This document shows positions 59,471 through 64,000 of a stretch of 64,000 bases of DNA, in pieces. Under the pieces are notes generated by a model that did no database searches, was not told the origin of the DNA, and worked only from the letters and a program-made list of their open reading frames with translations. Origin of the DNA: Podarcis erhardii (lineage: Eukaryota); the NCBI GenBank assembly GCA_964252035.1, contig OZ176212.1; one strand, written 5' to 3'. A program made the position numbers and the translations under genes. Position 1 is the first letter of the stretch. Every line of letters starts with the position of its first letter.

Positions 59471-60704
59471 GAATCCATTACATGAATCTATGAATATTAT
59501 AGGATCCTTACTGAAATAATCAGAATGACATATGTCTCACATGTCAACTCAGTAGGGTAGAACACTGAATCTTTTCAGGCTTGGTTGTACAGAAGAAAGG
59601 GGGACAGGGAAAAGTTGTTTATGTACTGCTTTATCCATTGTTTATAGGCAAACATATACAAATCAAATATCCAATACAAATAGTCAAGAAATTACATAAG
59701 TAACCAAATAACTATATTAATATTTCAATCCAAAACCACTAACAAAATCAGGTCCCTAATGACTAAAACTTCCATTATTAAAAACAAAAATGGGTCTTCT
59801 GAAGGCAGATGCACATCTAATGAAGCATAAAATTGAATTTAAATTTAATTAGAGGCTTCAATTTGTGCTTGGAGTTCTTAGAGGGACCTTGAGTAATGCC
59901 ATATCGTTGCCAAGTTGCCTTCATAACCACTATTATACTAAAAGTATACCTATCTGAAGTAGAAGCATAGGTCCAAATGTTCATTGTCAAGTTCAGATAA
60001 CTCACCAATTGAACTACCCCAGTTGTCTTGCAAAATAAGCAGGGGAAACAGGCTGATGATCAAAATGGTTTCATCTCATTTCAAAGAGTGAGCAGAATTT
60101 GCACCTCATTTGGAATTGCAGCTCTTAGTTAAGTCGCCAAAGCTACAGAGAAAAATGGTGGAGTTGTTTGGCCTTACTGCTCTCCAGCATCATGTGTTTC
60201 TGGAAACAGTGGCACAGTGACTTTAAAGCTCTGGAGAACACCTTGGGGATCTTTTCTACACAGCACCAGAAGAATTCTCCAGGTGCCCACAGTGAAAATA
60301 AGACCCCATCTGTTGTGCATTAATGAAGAAGTCATGCCCAAAGCATCTAACAAGGGAAAAGCACAAAGCAAAATATCAACCCAATTGCTATTTCTATATT
60401 ATGAACAGAGATTAGCCAAGAACAGAGATGGGAATTTCAGGCCGAAGGATCACTTGTCTAGGCCTGCCTGGTTCTCAGTATTCTGTCCAGGCTAAACCCT
60501 CTACCAAGCCACACCTCTCACCAACCTTAATTTTAATCCTTTTTAGCATTTGTATCCTGCTGGGATGTGTCCTTAAAATTATGAACAGTCGGTTTGTTTT
60601 TGTTTTACTTCAGATAATTTTTTAAAATAAATAAATAATCTATGGTAGCTATTCAGAAGCATGTTAGATGTAGAGTGATTTCTTTATTCCTGGAGTATAA
60701 GAGA

Positions 60705-61481
60705 AATCGGGTCCTCCCTTAAAGAGGGCATGTATTGCGGTGAGACCTGGAGAACCAACACCCTGTGTTGTGGGTGGGTACGATTGGTCAGCCACAACAC
60801 CCGATTGCTGGGTCCCTCAAAGCTATGTGCAATCTGGCCAGTGGGACGCAAAGGGACCTATTTATGCCCATGCACGTGACCCAGAGTTTCCTCTTTTGGC
60901 ACGTGCATTTGGAACACCTGCCCACCTCTCCCTATATTTTGAGCTTGCGTGCTTGACCTTGCTATGCCCTCGTGTGTTGTCTGTCATTGGGACAGGGTCA
61001 TGGCAGGAATTTTCCCCACTTGGCTGATTGGCTGTTGCTATTTGGGTTTCACCTGCCTCGTAGCAAATCGTTACAACTTGTAAGGTTGCAGATAGGCTCT
61101 GGTTCAGGTGATGGGTATGGGAGAACGCTCTCGCCATCCCTATGTGAAGGGTATTCCGTTAAAGGAATCCAGGGACTCAATAGTTTGGTCAACCCCTGAG
61201 AGGGGGTGTGCCCGTGCCTGAGTCCAGGGGGACATTTGGGTGGTGGAGTTAGCCTGTTCCTGGCTTTCTGCGTATCCAGGTGTTCACCCTTGGCTGACCT
61301 ATGCTGGAACTATCGGTCAGCGCTACCTGCATGGCAGGGAGCTAGTTGAACCAGAGCTTATGCAACCAGTCACTTTCTGTAATCAATAAAGTTGTGGCCA
61401 AAATTCTGCCAAAAACCAAAACCAAAATTTGAGTCAAGTGTGAATTTATTTAGGGGGGAGTGTTCTGGGTCTGAACATGCA
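60705..61481 (+). mobile_element. LTR-like element flanked by 76-bp and 78-bp direct repeats
   Basis: AATAAAGTTGTGGCC near the 3' end, a terminal CA, and blocks shared with the LTR at 24343. The flanks 60629-60704 and 61481-61558 are duplicates. Confidence 0.65.
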
Positions 61482-62551
61482 AATAAATAATTTGTGGTAG
61501 CTGTTCAGAAACAAGTTAGATGTAGAGTGATTTCTTTATTCCTGGAGTATATAAGAGACATGTCATGAAATCATTCAACACACAAACACAAAGCATTATC
61601 AAGTTATAAAGAGACATGTGAGGACTTCCGGTCGGCGCCATCGTTTAATGGCGGTTCTAGCCTCGAGCTCCGAGGCAGGACTGCTCCGCAAGTTCGGGTC
61701 CGACCAGCTACGGCGAGCGGGGGACCCCTAAAATTACAGGCGCGGAAGCCTGTAAACAAGGAGACTCGGCGGGCACCTTTTGCGCCCCCCGGTACTGTAA
61801 AGGAGCCTTTTTAAAGGCTCCCGAGCGGCATCTGGGTGAGCGCGGTGCTGAGAGTCGCTACCCAGCTTGTGGAGTGAAGCCGCGTCGCCATGAACGGAGA
61901 GCGCCGATTCCTTCCTGAAATAAAGATTTGACTGCAACACCCGTGAGTAAGATTGAGGGACTGAACGGGACACTAAATTTGAAAATTGGCTGAAAACGGG
62001 GAAGGCATTAAACAAGGAAGTCTGCCCCCCCGAACTGCATGATTAGTGAAGCAACGAAAATAGCAAGCTGTATTTGAAGGAAAAACCTTTCGCAAACTGT
62101 CAAACCTGACATTGGACTTAATATTCCCCCCAATTGGCAGGAGAAGGGGGGAAGATAAAATTGGATATTGTTCCTGCGCGGAAATAATCGCAAAAAAAGA
62201 CTTTTCACTGCCAAACTCCCCCAGATCGAGCTGCCTGAGCAAGGCACCGGGAAAGGAGAACTGTCAGTCTAAATTGGATACAAAGTAAGGTTTTTTTGGA
62301 AACTTAGCTGTTGGACTTTAATAAAGCTGTTGAACTTATGGTTAAACTGAAACATTTGTGGATTTACAGTATCGACTCTTGAACTTTTGGCTCATTGCTC
62401 TATGTTTCCCTTGCTTCTTTGTTACTCATTTCCTTTTGGACACAATTGAAAGCTCCCTCTAGAGGGTTTAAAGAGAAACTTTGTACATTGAAAAAAGAAA
62501 CAGTGGGATTTTCCACTTGCAAGTCTATTCTGTGAGAACGACCTTGAGGCC

Positions 62552-63457
62552 ATGAGTGGCCCTGTGGATGAGATAGTAACTAGACATAAATCAAAACAAG
62601 CGCAAGCACAAGCACAGAAGAAAAGGAGCTCAATACCAGATATAACACCAGCTGCACAGGAAAAGACAGTAACAGCTTCTATGGAATCTATGACTCAGGC
62701 ACTGGTCAAAATAAATCAATCTTTGGAAGCTCTGACAAAGCAATCTATAGAACTGACAAAGCAGTCCACAGAAAATTCTAAAAAATTGACAGAATTGACA
62801 GCAAGATTGGACTTGAACACGGCAAGCGTGTCATCTAATACAGATTCTATAAATAAATTAATTCAAGAAAGTTCTGAAACACGAAGGATTGCTGAAAGTG
62901 CAAAAAAAACTGCAGAGGAAACAAGGGGAAGATTTGAGCCGATCGAAAAAAAAGTAAATGAACATGATGCAACCCTCTCTTTATGGGAACTACAGAGAAA
63001 GGAGAAGAATTTAAAACTTAGATTGGTTCCTGAGAGTGAGGGTGACAACCTTGTGGGATTCCTTAAAAACAACTTTGCAGAATTTTGGCATGAGGAATGG
63101 GGAGAAGGAGAAGGAGTTGAGATTGAAATAACAACAGCCTTTCGGCTAGGTAGGAGGCAGACAAAGAAACCAAGGGACTGTTTAATCACATTGGGATCCA
63201 AGGAACAGAGAGATAAAATATTGAATCTACACTACCCAAAAGCCTTGGTGATCCAAAATTCTCAGGTACAGATTTTTAAAGATATCCCTAAATACATTTT
63301 GGAGGTGAGAACCCTCTTTAAAGAATTGGCTGATCTGCTCAAGAAAAACGCCATTCCTTTTAGATGGGAATTTCCACAGGGTTTGTCCTTTAACTTCAAA
63401 GGAAAGAAGATCAAAATAAGAACAATCCAAGACAAAGAACAGTTTTTGGGGAGATAG
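62552..63457 (+). CDS. L1 ORF1 (coiled coil plus RRM/CTD), possibly prematurely stopped; frame continues to 63589
   Basis: Heptad-rich N-terminal half, then NLKLRLVPE and ...IPFRWEFPQGLSFNFKG. The same frame stays open for 43 more codons after the TAG at 63455-63457. Confidence 0.88.
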   Translation: MSGPVDEIVTRHKSKQAQAQAQKKRSSIPDITPAAQEKTVTASMESMTQALVKINQSLEALTKQSIELTKQSTENSKKLTELTARLDLNTASVSSNTDSINKLIQESSETRRIAESAKKTAEETRGRFEPIEKKVNEHDATLSLWELQRKEKNLKLRLVPESEGDNLVGFLKNNFAEFWHEEWGEGEGVEIEITTAFRLGRRQTKKPRDCLITLGSKEQRDKILNLHYPKALVIQNSQVQIFKDIPKYILEVRTLFKELADLLKKNAIPFRWEFPQGLSFNFKGKKIKIRTIQDKEQFLGR

Positions 63458-63596
63458 CGGGAAGACTTGCAGAAAGGAACTGTAGACGAGGAAGAACCAA
63501 CCGACATTGCTAATCTGTCATTTGGACTTTTGCTACCACCATCAGAAGAAGAACAGAAACTTGGAGCAGTTGGAGGAACAGGTACTTAGTAACAAA

Positions 63597-64000
63597 ATGT
63601 CTCTGCAACTTCTTAGCTGGAACTGTAATGGTTTGAACCTTCCCCGAAAAAGACGTCAAGTCTTTCATATTTTGAAGAGAGAGCAGTTAGACTTAATATG
63701 TTTGCAAGAAACCCATATTGTCAGGACACACAGGAAATTATTGATAAATAAGAGACTGGGAAAGGAATTTATCTCATCAGACAAAGTGAAGAAAAGAGGA
63801 GTGGTGATCTATGCAAAAGAAAAATTGGCTCCAAAAATGATATTTAAAGATGAACAAGGAAGATACCTGGCAATTGAAATACAAATTCAAGGAGAAAAAA
63901 TTCTGATAGTCGGAGTTTATGCACCAAATGAAGGGAAGGTTGAATTTTTTAAGAAGTTGCATGAGACCTTAATGGACTTTCTGGATTATAAAATCGTATT
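63597..64000 (+). CDS. L1 ORF2 N-terminus (APE endonuclease), open to the window edge
   Basis: MSLQLLSWNCNGLN...DLICLQETH...KKRGVVIY...DEQGRYL...GVYAPN, with no stop in 134 codons. Confidence 0.93.
   Translation, partial: MSLQLLSWNCNGLNLPRKRRQVFHILKREQLDLICLQETHIVRTHRKLLINKRLGKEFISSDKVKKRGVVIYAKEKLAPKMIFKDEQGRYLAIEIQIQGEKILIVGVYAPNEGKVEFFKKLHETLMDFLDYKIV

Larger units (their letters stand above)
61624..64000 (+). mobile_element. L1 LINE 5' part (5'UTR, ORF1, ORF2 start), running off the right edge
   Basis: ACTTCCGG start, CpG island, ORF1, and an APE endonuclease N-terminus. Confidence 0.95.

Noticed and set aside
1-64000. The two edge L1s as terminal inverted repeats of one giant element
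   Set aside because: They are clearly diverged from each other, face outward and each continues into its own ORF1.
1-64000. CRISPR arrays, rRNA genes or prokaryotic operons
   Set aside because: There is no repeat-spacer array or rRNA-like sequence. The DNA is vertebrate, with spliceosomal introns.

Overview
Vertebrate genomic DNA, most likely a squamate and probably a lacertid-type lizard. That inference rests on CR1 with an (ATTCTATG)n tail, BovB, a Penelope pseudo-LTR and the L1 families present. The window is a chemoreceptor cluster with eight intact single-coding-exon olfactory receptor (OR) genes, one OR fragment, and one complete six-exon vomeronasal type-2 receptor (V2R, 869 aa). It also holds a decayed intron-less MHC class I sequence. 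The left ~20 kb is a tandem segmental duplication (about 1.9-12.0 kb versus 12.6-19.9 kb). L1 elements with CpG-rich 5' ends sit at both window edges pointing outward, and a third, internally deleted L1 lies in the middle. Other repeats are CR1, L2, RTE/BovB, Penelope, LTR-like elements and MITEs. The most notable observations are: the intron-less MHC-I remnant; a GTGAGTAA motif at +319 to +322 in all three diverged L1 5' ends; patchwork 100%-identical tracts between two OR paralogues; a conserved homeodomain plus O/E-type motif upstream of those ORs; a minimal hammerhead ribozyme; and several templated-insertion junctions. I found no wholly new biological system that I can support. Family assignments and identity figures are by eye, not from searches.
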